The notes under the pieces are model-generated. The model was not told the origin of the DNA. It did not search any database and saw only the letters and a program-made list of their open reading frames with translations. DNA of 63,087 nucleotides, the filler included, from Anaerolineae bacterium (GTDB lineage: Bacteria; Chloroflexota; Anaerolineae; Epilineales; Epilineaceae), in assembly GCA_029262755.1 (NCBI GenBank). It is 7 parts of 7 records of this genome, joined end to end, with 100 filler letters (N's around TTAATTAATTAA, not from the genome) between each part and the next. Parts side by side here need not be neighbours in the genome. Positions count along the whole stretch, not along the records: positions 36,667 to 48,507 come from JAJCYU010000413.1; 6 more parts are not named here. One strand, given 5' to 3'. The translations under genes were made by a program, and so were the position numbers. Within the stretch, counting starts at the first letter, position 1. The number at the start of each line of letters is the position of its first letter. Of the stretch, positions 37,978 through 46,891 are shown piece by piece.

Positions 37978-39288
37978 ATGCGCCCTATCACCCGATCGAT
38001 TGCCGGAGGAGCCTTGGTGCTCGTCGTTTCGTTCTGCGTGGCGCTCGGCGCCGGTGCGAGCCTTCAGCCGGACGATGCAAGCCGGACCGTGCATGCCCAG
38101 AATGATCCTGGGTGCAGCGTGACGCCCTACAAGTCCGCATCCCCGACGCGCGTTTCGCTCGGCGAGCAGGTCACGGTCACCTTGCGGCTGGACGGCGACT
38201 GCCCGTCGACCGAGAAGAAGGCCGATGTGGTGCTCGTGATCGACCGTTCGAGCTCCATGGGGCGCGATAACAAATTCGATGACGCGAAGGCGGCGGCCAC
38301 GGCCTTCGTGGACCAGATGAACGCCACGCTCGTGCAGGTTGGCGTGGTTGCCTTCGACGACGTCGTGTCGGACGTGCAGCCGCTGACCGCCGACAAGGCC
38401 CTCTTGCGGCAGGCCATTGCCGGTCTCACGATGGACCGGGGAACGAACCTGGTCGACTCGCTCGATCGCGGCCGGCGCATGGTCCTTGGGATCGGGTCGC
38501 GGCCGGACGCCCAGCCGGTGATCGTGTTCATGACGGACGGCAACCACTCTGTGACCGCTCCGCCGCTCGGGGCCTTGGACACCGTCATCGACGGGGTTCG
38601 CGCCGCGGGCATCGACACCTTCGCGATCGGGCTGGGCAACGATGCGGACGACGTGGTGCTGCGCCGTATCGCCAGCGACCCTTCCAAGTACTATACGAGC
38701 ATCGGCGGCACGCAGCTGGCGGATATCTATCGGCAGATCGCGGGACGCATCGAGGCCGCGTCCGTGTTCCAGACCCTCACGATCCAGGACGTCGTGCCGG
38801 CCAACATGCGCTACATCGTCGGCTCGGCTGCGCCCGCCGCCACGTGGGACGCTACGGCGCGCACGGTGACGTGGACCTTCAACCAGGTTCCCAAGCCCGG
38901 CGTCGTGCTGACCTTTCGCGTAGAACCGACCGAGTCCGGCACGCACCCCACCAACGTAAGCGCCCGCGCCGTCTACCGCGACGGCTTCGGCAACGAGGGC
39001 GAGACGGCCTTCCCCGTTCCAGAGGTGATCGTCGAGCCGCCGGTGGGCGTGTGCGTGTGTCGCATCACGCGCCTGCGTGCCCCCGCCCACGTGATCTCGG
39101 CCGCGTTGGCCAACCCGGAGCGTATCCTGGGCTGGCGTGATCCGCTCAACCCCAACCTGCGTCCGGGTGAGCTGCCCAACCCGCGCCGACTGTGCCTGGA
39201 TCTGCGCAACCGCAACATCTCTTGGCACCCGCTCTTCAACCGCGTCGTCTGGCGCGCGGGCTGCCTGATCGGTCCGGACATTCCGTAG
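37978..39288 (+). CDS. Secreted vWA-domain protein: vWA inserted in a DUF11-like Ig domain, plus a Cys-containing C-terminal module
   Basis: GGAGG RBS; signal peptide; MIDAS DRSSS...T...TDG; KSASP...QDVVP...PTNV; C-terminal CVC...CL...AGC. Confidence 0.88.
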   Translation: MRPITRSIAGGALVLVVSFCVALGAGASLQPDDASRTVHAQNDPGCSVTPYKSASPTRVSLGEQVTVTLRLDGDCPSTEKKADVVLVIDRSSSMGRDNKFDDAKAAATAFVDQMNATLVQVGVVAFDDVVSDVQPLTADKALLRQAIAGLTMDRGTNLVDSLDRGRRMVLGIGSRPDAQPVIVFMTDGNHSVTAPPLGALDTVIDGVRAAGIDTFAIGLGNDADDVVLRRIASDPSKYYTSIGGTQLADIYRQIAGRIEAASVFQTLTIQDVVPANMRYIVGSAAPAATWDATARTVTWTFNQVPKPGVVLTFRVEPTESGTHPTNVSARAVYRDGFGNEGETAFPVPEVIVEPPVGVCVCRITRLRAPAHVISAALANPERILGWRDPLNPNLRPGELPNPRRLCLDLRNRNISWHPLFNRVVWRAGCLIGPDIP

Positions 39289-39367
39289 GTGGGCGGTTGG
39301 CAACTGGGAGCTTCGGCGACCGGCAAACAATCGGTGATCGGCAAACAGCAAACGGGAGAAGAACGCG

Positions 39368-39916
39368 ATGCGTGATGCGTTGCGGGAAGCGATGCGGGGT
39401 GCGATGCGCGCTGCACGACGACGGAGTTGCCGCGTTGGCCTGCCGTCCCTCGCGCTGACCGCCGGCTGGTTTGCCGCACACGCCACGGCCGCCTACGCCT
39501 TCACCTGCCGTCCGACGACGATGCGGCAGGAGTTCGTGACGTCGCCGGTCGTCTTTGAAGGCCTGGTCCTCGCGACGGAGCCCGTCACGCACGCCAAGCT
39601 CTTGCCGCCAATCGAGTGGCAGCGGGCGCGCTTCGACGTGCGCAGAACGTTCAAGGGGACTGCCGCGCAAACCGTGGCGGTCCACATGCCGACGACCGAC
39701 TTTTGCGGTCCCTTCCTCCCGCTCGATACGGAATGGGTCGTGTTCGTCCTTCCCCAGGAACGCGACGCCGAAGCACAGCCCGATGGTCTCTGGCTGGCCG
39801 GAGTTTGTTCTTCGACGAGCCGTAGAGATCACCACGATGTCGACGAGCTTGCGCTGTGGGGCCGCCTCGTCAACCACCTGCATATGCCGCTCGCGCTGGC
39901 TCCGCGGCTACCGTAG
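39368..39916 (+). CDS. Small secreted protein, TIMP/NTR-like OB-fold candidate, with C-terminal HLHMPLAL tag
   Basis: Signal peptide ending AYA; FTC...VVFEG.V...RFDV.RTFKG...CG.F...WVVF...GVCS pattern; start uncertain. Confidence 0.55.
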   Translation: MRDALREAMRGAMRAARRRSCRVGLPSLALTAGWFAAHATAAYAFTCRPTTMRQEFVTSPVVFEGLVLATEPVTHAKLLPPIEWQRARFDVRRTFKGTAAQTVAVHMPTTDFCGPFLPLDTEWVVFVLPQERDAEAQPDGLWLAGVCSSTSRRDHHDVDELALWGRLVNHLHMPLALAPRLP

Positions 39917-39989
39917 TCGTTGCGGGCTCGCTCGCTAGCGGACGGTTCAATCGCCTCGTCGGTCGTCATTCGCCGCGACTGGCCGCCCG

Positions 39990-40655
39990 CTACCCCTGCC
40001 TGCTCACCATCTCGTTGATCCAGATTGGTGCGAAGGGCGAGGTGCAGCCCTTGGACACCGGGTAGTCGCGGTAGACGCCGAGCGCTTCTCCGATGGCCAG
40101 CGCTCGCGGCCGGTGGTCGGGATGCTGGATGCCGATCTCCGCCAGGGTGTTGTTCATCGTCCACTGTGTCTCGGGGACCGCCTCGGCCATCTCGGCCTCG
40201 ATGCGATCGAGGAGCGCGGCGATGTCGAGCCCTTCGGGGTTCTTCGCGATCCGCTCAGCCGTGAGATTCCACCCGGCGCGGGCGGCCATCGGATCATCGT
40301 CCGCCATCCAGGCTTCGCGCAGCGCTTCCTTGGCCGGATGCTTCTTGACGATGTAGGCGTTGAGCCAGTCGGCCACCTGCGAGAACGTGGCGACGCGGAC
40401 CATGGCGTCCAGCTCTTCGGGGGATAGGGCCTTGGGCTTGAGCAGAAGGATGGCCAACAGACGTGCGTCGACGTTACCGGTTGCCCACAGCTCCAACCCG
40501 AGCTCGTGGTTGGTTTTGATCGTCTTCGCGAGCTTGCGGATGTCGCCCAACTTGGCGCCGAATTGGTTGTCGCCGGCGCCATTGCGTGCGTTGCGTTCTC
40601 GGACGGTCGGGTTGCCGAGGGCTTCTAGCTGCTTGAGGATCTCAGTTGTATTCAT
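39990..40655 (-). CDS. DNA alkylation repair protein (AlkD-like HEAT-repeat family)
   Basis: NQFGAKLGDIRKLAK.IK.NHEL.L.LW.TGN.DARLLA, QWTMN..LAEIGI, YRDYPVSKGCTSPFAPIWI. Confidence 0.88.
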   Translation of the reverse strand: MNTTEILKQLEALGNPTVRERNARNGAGDNQFGAKLGDIRKLAKTIKTNHELGLELWATGNVDARLLAILLLKPKALSPEELDAMVRVATFSQVADWLNAYIVKKHPAKEALREAWMADDDPMAARAGWNLTAERIAKNPEGLDIAALLDRIEAEMAEAVPETQWTMNNTLAEIGIQHPDHRPRALAIGEALGVYRDYPVSKGCTSPFAPIWINEMVSRQG

Positions 40656-40807
40656 GGCCCAAAAGGTAGTGGAATCGAGCGGCACTGGGAAGTGGAATCG
40701 GGCGGCAATCGCGTAGGCATCGTCGAAGACCGCGGGTGGGCGAATCGCGCCGGTTGGACGACAACGTGGATCGCGACACGCGCGCCGAGCGTGCGGCTCG
40801 CCGCGAC

Positions 40808-42901
40808 CTAGCGCACGCCAAGCTCGGTTCGCAGGAAGGTCACCACCGTCGACCACGTCGCGTCGGTCGTGAACGTTGCTCCGCCGTGCCCTGCGCCCTC
40901 GTGGAAGATGAGCGTGCTCGCTGCGCCCGCGTCGCGCATGGCGTCGTGAAGCACCTGGCTCTGCAGTGGCGGGACGCTGCAGTCCTGTGTGCCGTGCATG
41001 ATCAGCATGGGCGGATCGTTGGCGGATACGTAGGTGATCGGGCTCGCGTGGGCCGCGCGGTCTGGGCATTCGGGGATCGTGCAGCCGAGGATGACGCTCT
41101 CCGGCGAGGTGGGGGCGTTGTGGTCGATCGTGGTGCACGGCAGCGCGTGCTCGGCGATCCGGAGCAGATCCGAGGGGCCGAACCAGTCGACGACGGCCTG
41201 GACCGCGCTGGAAACGCCGGGCTCGCCGCGGCCGGTGCCGTCGAGCGACGGCTGGTCGCCGGCCGTGCCGAGCATCGCGACGAGGTGGCCGCCGGCGGAG
41301 GAGCCCCACGCCGCGAAGCGCTCCGGGTCGACACCGAGATCCCCGGCGTTCGCGCGCAGCCAGCGAACGGCGGCGCGTACGTCCTCGATCTGGGCCGGCC
41401 ATAGGGCCTCGCGGCTCAGGCGGTACTCCACGCTCGCCACGGCGAAGCCCTCCGGCACGAGGCCGGCGGCGCGCGTCTTGTCCTTGCTCCCGGCATACCA
41501 GCCGCCACCGTGGACCCAGATGACCAGCGGTAGCGCAACGCCCTCGGTGCCCGGCGGCCGGTACAGGTCGAGCCGAAGCTCGCGCCCGGCGACGGTGTCG
41601 TAGACCAAGTCGCGTTGCACGATCGCGCCGCCCGGCGGCGTCGATGTGGCGCGTGGCGGACGGGTACCGGGGGTCGCCGTGGAGCGCGGCGGGCGCGTCG
41701 CGCGGCCGCCGGGGATCGGGGTGGGGCCGGGGGTGGGGGTGGCGCGCGCGCCGGGGGGCACGGCCAAGGTCGGGGCGGTCGTCGCGGTCGGACCGGCCGC
41801 TGGGCGCGGCGCGGGGCCGGCGCCCACGCGGGCGAGGAACGCGAAGATGGCTTCCGTCACGTCGTCGCGGAGGGCGCCGATGTCCTGGTTGATCTGGCCG
41901 TGGGTCTTCTCGGGCGCGGCGATGAGCTCCGATTGGATGCCGGCATCGGCAAGCAGTGCGGCGAAGGCTGTGCTCAGCACGCGTCGGTGCGCGCTCGGGC
42001 GCTCCGGCGCTCCTGCGCCGCCGCTGTAGGCGACGGCCATGGGCGGGATGCCGCGTTCCGGCTCGACATAATGGCTGGGCGATGCGAGCAGCCAGCCATC
42101 CGGGTCGCTCCCGAATACCTGGACGTAGACGCCGCTCAACGTCCCGCCGAGACGCTCGGCCAGCGCGGGGATGTCATAGGCTTGCGTGTCCACCGGCACC
42201 ACCGCCGAAAGGTCGCTCGGCGCCATGCCGTACGCGCCGAGATAGCGCGGGTCCGTCGCGACGAGCGCCACTAGGTGGGCGCCGGCCGAATGGCCCATCA
42301 ACGCGATCCGGCTACCGTCGACACCGCTGCGGCCCGCCTGCTCGCGCAGCCAGGCGATCGCAGCGGCGACGTCCTCGGCATGGGCCGGGAAGTCGGCATC
42401 GGGGCTGAGCCGGTAATTGACGGAGGCGAACACCCAGCCGGCGGCCACAAAGGCCTCGGCTTTGCGTCCTACGGCGCGTTTGTCGCCCGATTGCCAGCCA
42501 CCGCCGTGGACATAGACCATCAACGGGCGCCCCTCGACGGCGCCCCGGATGTTGTAGAGATCGAGGCTGACAAGTGCGGGATCGACACCGGGTAGATCGT
42601 CACGGTACTGCAGGTCGCGTCGGACGCGCACGGCATCGGGTTGGTTCGCGGTCGCGGTCCGCGCGCGCTCGGTGCCCCGACCGACGGGAGAGAGCTCCTG
42701 ACCGCTGTCCGCGTCGTAGGCCTGCAGCGCGACGGGCAAGTACAACGAGGCCCGCTGCGCGGTAGCCGGCGGCGTGGTTGGTGCACGCGCCAGGACGGCC
42801 GTGAGCGACGTGGTAAGGGCGAGCCCGGCCAAGAGCGTGCGGCAACGCGTGCTGCGTCGCCGAGGGGCCGGCAAGGGCTGCGCATTCGAATAGGTGTCCA
42901 T
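40808..42901 (-). CDS. Secreted tandem alpha/beta-hydrolase (two HSL-type esterase domains) with N-terminal SLYLPVALQ tag
   Basis: Two HGGGW oxyanion motifs; nucleophile motifs GHSAG and GSSAG; Pro/Thr linker between the domains; signal peptide. Confidence 0.88.
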   Translation of the reverse strand: MDTYSNAQPLPAPRRRSTRCRTLLAGLALTTSLTAVLARAPTTPPATAQRASLYLPVALQAYDADSGQELSPVGRGTERARTATANQPDAVRVRRDLQYRDDLPGVDPALVSLDLYNIRGAVEGRPLMVYVHGGGWQSGDKRAVGRKAEAFVAAGWVFASVNYRLSPDADFPAHAEDVAAAIAWLREQAGRSGVDGSRIALMGHSAGAHLVALVATDPRYLGAYGMAPSDLSAVVPVDTQAYDIPALAERLGGTLSGVYVQVFGSDPDGWLLASPSHYVEPERGIPPMAVAYSGGAGAPERPSAHRRVLSTAFAALLADAGIQSELIAAPEKTHGQINQDIGALRDDVTEAIFAFLARVGAGPAPRPAAGPTATTAPTLAVPPGARATPTPGPTPIPGGRATRPPRSTATPGTRPPRATSTPPGGAIVQRDLVYDTVAGRELRLDLYRPPGTEGVALPLVIWVHGGGWYAGSKDKTRAAGLVPEGFAVASVEYRLSREALWPAQIEDVRAAVRWLRANAGDLGVDPERFAAWGSSAGGHLVAMLGTAGDQPSLDGTGRGEPGVSSAVQAVVDWFGPSDLLRIAEHALPCTTIDHNAPTSPESVILGCTIPECPDRAAHASPITYVSANDPPMLIMHGTQDCSVPPLQSQVLHDAMRDAGAASTLIFHEGAGHGGATFTTDATWSTVVTFLRTELGVR

Positions 42902-43054
42902 GGCGTGCTCCCGCGGTAGCTTCCAGTACTCGGGTCCGGCGCAGAGGACCGACACCATGGACAACGGAGGGGAGGCTGCCTGGGATAGAGCGTGGGGGCG
43001 GCGCTCCGCTCGATGGCCGCCGCAATCGCAAGACTTCGCCTCTCACCACTGCTC

Positions 43055-45886
43055 CTACCGGCAGATCAGCTCACCGGCGATCTGCTCGTAGACGCCCGAT
43101 AGATCGTCCGCTTTCGGAGCGTGGACGTACATCTCGGGCTGGCTCGCGATGCGGCGTAGAACGTGGGGCCAGTAGTCGGCGCTCGTCTGCGTCCCCGCCA
43201 CGAGTCCGTGGCCGACGGTATAGACCGCGATGCCGTCCGACTTTGCAGCGTCGGATGCCGCGACCACGTTGTCGATGGAGGTTCGGTTGGGCTTGCCGTC
43301 CGAGAGCAGGACGATGACCGGCGTATTGCTCAGGATGCGCTGCTCGCTGAAGGACAGCAGCAGCTCGCGGTGACCGAACTCTAGGCCGAGGTCGATGCGG
43401 CTGCCTTCCGCGGCCGGGATGCTGTCGATGGCGGCGAAGAGCTTGGCGCGATCGTTCGTCAGCGCCGTCGCGACCCGCGCCCGATCGTTGTACCAGATGA
43501 TGGATGCCTGGTCGTGGCGGTTGAAGATGTCGCGTTCGAGACGCAGGCTGTCGACGAAGGCCTTGGCGGCCTCCTGGGCGGCGGCGAGCTTCGTGCGGCC
43601 GCCCGGAGTGCGGACGAGCATCGTCGTCGAGGCGTCGATGACCAGCGAGACGTCCGTGTAGAGCTGCACACAGGCCTCGTTGAACACGATGGGCACGAAC
43701 ACGCGGCCGCGTTCCGGGACGGCGGTACGCGTGGACGTCGGCACCGGAATCGTCGCCGTCGGCGGCACCCCCGGCTTCGGAGTGTGCGTGGGCGGTGGGG
43801 TGTTCGTAGGCGGCGGAGTCGGACGGTCCGTCGATGTGGCACGTGGTGTCGGGCTGGGCGTGCTCGTCTCGGTCGGTGGGCGCGGCGTGCGGGTGGGGCG
43901 CGTCGTTGGGGTGATCGTGGGCGGCTCCGCGGTCGGCGACGGCGTCTCCGGGCCGACGACGACCACGTAGGGCACTGGGAAGGGGCCGATCTGCGGCTGG
44001 TCCAGGCCGTCGATTCCGTCGTAGTCGGCGCGCACGTTGGTCGGGTGGCGGCCAAGCTCGAGCGGTTGCACCCAATAGTCCATCGTGACCCCGGTGAAGG
44101 GCACGCGCTGGAAGGTCCACGTGAGGGTGCGCAGAAGCGGGTCCCATGCAGCCGGAGGTACTGCACTGTCGAGTTGGTAGGCCATGTTGTCCGGCACGAT
44201 GTCCACGATCTGAACTTCGCGCATCAACATGCTGGCCGCAATCTGGCGTGCGATGGCTTCGTAGATACCACGCAGGCTGCCCGCGTCAGGCGCGAAGCGA
44301 TAGAGGACCGGCGCGGTGGCGACGAGGCGCAGCAGATTCGGATCTACGTCGTCGCCCAGGCCGATGGTGTACATCGTGATGCCCGCATAGCGCGCACGGT
44401 CACCGGCGGCGACCGTCGTCATGCGGGTGTTGTTGAAGGGCACGCCGTCGGTCATGAGCACGATGATCGGCTTGACGGTGGGGTCGCCCCAGCGAGGGCT
44501 GCGCATCAGCTCGAAGACCGCGACGTCGATCCCGGCCGCGATGTCCGTGCCGCCGTCCGAGACGAGGGCCCGCGCGGCGGCGCGCACCGCGTTGCCGTCC
44601 TGCGTGAGCCCGGTATCCAGCCGTGGCTCGGACTCGAAGCTCACCATGCCTACCTGGTCGCGCGTAAGGTCCATGCCGTCGACGAACGTAACCACGGACT
44701 CCCGCGCTGCGTCGATCTTCTCGCCCGACATGCTGCCCGAGCGGTCCACGACGAGCATGATGTCGGCCTTCTCGGACAAGAGCGGACAGCTGCCGCCGAG
44801 CGTCAGGGTGACCTTCGTCTTCTCGCCGAGTTGCAGGAAGGTCGGCGCGGCGGACTTGAAGGGCACGATTTGGCAGATGGGGTCCGGCGACGGCGGGATG
44901 GACACGCCCGGATCGCCGGGGCCCGCCGCATAGATGCGAACCTGGCCACGGTCGAAGTCGGTGACATAGACCTTGCCGTCGGCATCCGCCGCGAGGTCGA
45001 GCACGTTGTGCGGCGCGCTGCCGGGCTCGGGTTCGGAGACGTCCCACGCGTAGCGCACACCGCCGTCCAACTGCAGCCAATACACCCACTCGCGATCGGT
45101 GAGCACGAAGAAGGAACCATCGGCCGCGATCGCGATACGCTCCGCCGGCACGGGCAACGGCACGTCGTGCAGCAAGGCGTTGAAGGCGTCGTAGACCTCC
45201 ACCCGCGAGCGCGTGCGGTTGAGCATGTAGGCCAGGCCGTTGTGCCAGTCCATGTCCCAATAGGTGTGGGTGGGGTACTGAACGCTGAACTCTTCGCGGC
45301 GTACGCCGGCCCGGTTGAAGCCGCCGATCACGATCGAGTCGCCCACGCCGCCGCCGTCCCAGACGGCCGTCGCCCGTTCGGTCACGTCGTTGTAGGCGAT
45401 GGTCGAGATGTAGACCTGGCGATTGCCGAGCCGCAGGTCGAAGGCGCCTTGAATCTGCTCTTCCCAGAAGGTTTGCCGGTTGTTGAGCCGGAAGATCGTG
45501 TTGTCCCGGACGGCGAAATAGTCGCCCCGGTCGTTGACCGCGAACTCGCGCGCACCACCGGCGGCCTGCTCGTAGACCACCGTTCCGCTCGCGTCGACCT
45601 TGCGAATATCTCGCCCGACAAGGACGTGCAGCGCCCCGTCGATGCCCGCCACGATGCGCGTCGCATCTGGAAAGCCGTTCCAGATGTCGACGAGGCCGTA
45701 GATCTCCGAATCCTGCGCCGCGACGGGCTCGGCGCCGGGTCGCGGGGCACTGCCGAACAGGGCCAAAACGAGCAGCGCGAACAGGACGGGGAGAGCCGGA
45801 CCGAGGCGTCGCCCGGTCATCGATGAGCCCAAACGGCGGGGCGGACGGGCGATCGAACGAGCCAACATGCGCGGGACAAGGTTCAT
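43055..45886 (-). CDS. Secreted adhesin-like protein: NHL/propeller region, vWA-in-Ig module, Pro/Thr linker, RVFVPIVFN tag, second vWA
   Basis: GGAG RBS; signal peptide; DLAADADGKVYVTD (NHL-like); MIDAS DRSGS and DASTT; TDG/SDG motifs. Confidence 0.88.
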   Translation of the reverse strand: MNLVPRMLARSIARPPRRLGSSMTGRRLGPALPVLFALLVLALFGSAPRPGAEPVAAQDSEIYGLVDIWNGFPDATRIVAGIDGALHVLVGRDIRKVDASGTVVYEQAAGGAREFAVNDRGDYFAVRDNTIFRLNNRQTFWEEQIQGAFDLRLGNRQVYISTIAYNDVTERATAVWDGGGVGDSIVIGGFNRAGVRREEFSVQYPTHTYWDMDWHNGLAYMLNRTRSRVEVYDAFNALLHDVPLPVPAERIAIAADGSFFVLTDREWVYWLQLDGGVRYAWDVSEPEPGSAPHNVLDLAADADGKVYVTDFDRGQVRIYAAGPGDPGVSIPPSPDPICQIVPFKSAAPTFLQLGEKTKVTLTLGGSCPLLSEKADIMLVVDRSGSMSGEKIDAARESVVTFVDGMDLTRDQVGMVSFESEPRLDTGLTQDGNAVRAAARALVSDGGTDIAAGIDVAVFELMRSPRWGDPTVKPIIVLMTDGVPFNNTRMTTVAAGDRARYAGITMYTIGLGDDVDPNLLRLVATAPVLYRFAPDAGSLRGIYEAIARQIAASMLMREVQIVDIVPDNMAYQLDSAVPPAAWDPLLRTLTWTFQRVPFTGVTMDYWVQPLELGRHPTNVRADYDGIDGLDQPQIGPFPVPYVVVVGPETPSPTAEPPTITPTTRPTRTPRPPTETSTPSPTPRATSTDRPTPPPTNTPPPTHTPKPGVPPTATIPVPTSTRTAVPERGRVFVPIVFNEACVQLYTDVSLVIDASTTMLVRTPGGRTKLAAAQEAAKAFVDSLRLERDIFNRHDQASIIWYNDRARVATALTNDRAKLFAAIDSIPAAEGSRIDLGLEFGHRELLLSFSEQRILSNTPVIVLLSDGKPNRTSIDNVVAASDAAKSDGIAVYTVGHGLVAGTQTSADYWPHVLRRIASQPEMYVHAPKADDLSGVYEQIAGELICR

Positions 45887-46200
45887 GGTTTCGCTCCAAG
45901 GCATTGCGCTGCAAGGGATCAGACACCCGACCACCACGGCCGGATACGCCCGATCCCGGCGGGGGGGTACAGAGGCACGCCGGGCAGCGTGGTTAGTCTA
46001 ACGTTAAGCAGCCCGTGCTGCAACGGTGAATCTGCATCTTCTTGTGACGATTCGGTGACGGAAGCGCCCTCAGGCGCGGTTTGATGCGGCTGCCGCTGCA
46101 AACGCGTGCCGTGGTGATGGCGTGATGGCGTGATCGTGGCGTCGGGGTGGCGCCCGCCCTCTATCGCAGCCGCCCGTGGATCCCGTAGGCTCTGTCCATC

Positions 46201-46875
46201 ATGTCCGCTGTCCGAATCCGCGAGCTTCTGCTCGTCGTGCTCATCAACCTCACCGCGATGGGTGTCCTCGTCTGGCGTCTGCGCGATCCGCGGGCGACGG
46301 CCGTACGCGTCGAGCCGGCGCCGACGGCCACCGCGGCGCCGAGCGCGACCCCCGTGCGGCTGCGCGTGCACGTCTCTGGCGCCGTGCGGCGGCCGGGGGT
46401 CGTCGCGCTGGGCGAGGGCGCGCGGGCGCAAGAGGCGGTCACGGCGGCCGGCGGTTTCGGCCCGGAGGCCGATCGTGCGGGGCTGAACCTCGCCGCGCCC
46501 CTTGCCGACGGCGTGCAACTCCATGTTCCGATCGAGGGCGAGGCAAGCAGGCCGGCGGCCGGGGTCGCGCCGGGCGCGGGCGGGATCGTGGCATGGGCGG
46601 GTGGTGGCACGGGAGGGGGCGCGAGCGGCGTGGGAGGCGCGTCCGGATCGGCCGGCGCTGGCGCGGCGGGCGGCGCCGGCGCGGCCATCGACGTGAACCG
46701 TGCGACGGCGGCACAACTGGAGGCGTTGCCTGGTGTGGGTCCGGCGCTCGCGGCGCGCATCGTGGCGCATCGTGAGTCGAGCGGAAGGTTCGCGACTGTC
46801 CAAGACCTGTTGCAGGTGAGCGGTATCGGCGCGAAGACGTTGGCGCGCATGGCCGATGCGGTTGTGGTGCGATAG
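46201..46875 (+). CDS. comEA: ComEA family competence DNA-binding protein (SLBB + HhH)
   Basis: N-terminal TM; VHVSGAV..PGV..L, LNLAA.L.DG; IDVNRATAAQLEALPGVGPALA.RI, LLQVSGIG.KT. Confidence 0.93.
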   Translation: MSAVRIRELLLVVLINLTAMGVLVWRLRDPRATAVRVEPAPTATAAPSATPVRLRVHVSGAVRRPGVVALGEGARAQEAVTAAGGFGPEADRAGLNLAAPLADGVQLHVPIEGEASRPAAGVAPGAGGIVAWAGGGTGGGASGVGGASGSAGAGAAGGAGAAIDVNRATAAQLEALPGVGPALAARIVAHRESSGRFATVQDLLQVSGIGAKTLARMADAVVVR

Positions 46876-46891
46876 CAGGCGCCCGACTACC

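Noticed and set aside
43514..45826. Long antisense or alternative-frame ORFs (also 37531..39486, 52954..54270, 8420..9481, 13707..14849 and others)
   Set aside because: Shadow ORFs expected in GC-rich DNA, overlapping well-supported genes and lacking motifs.
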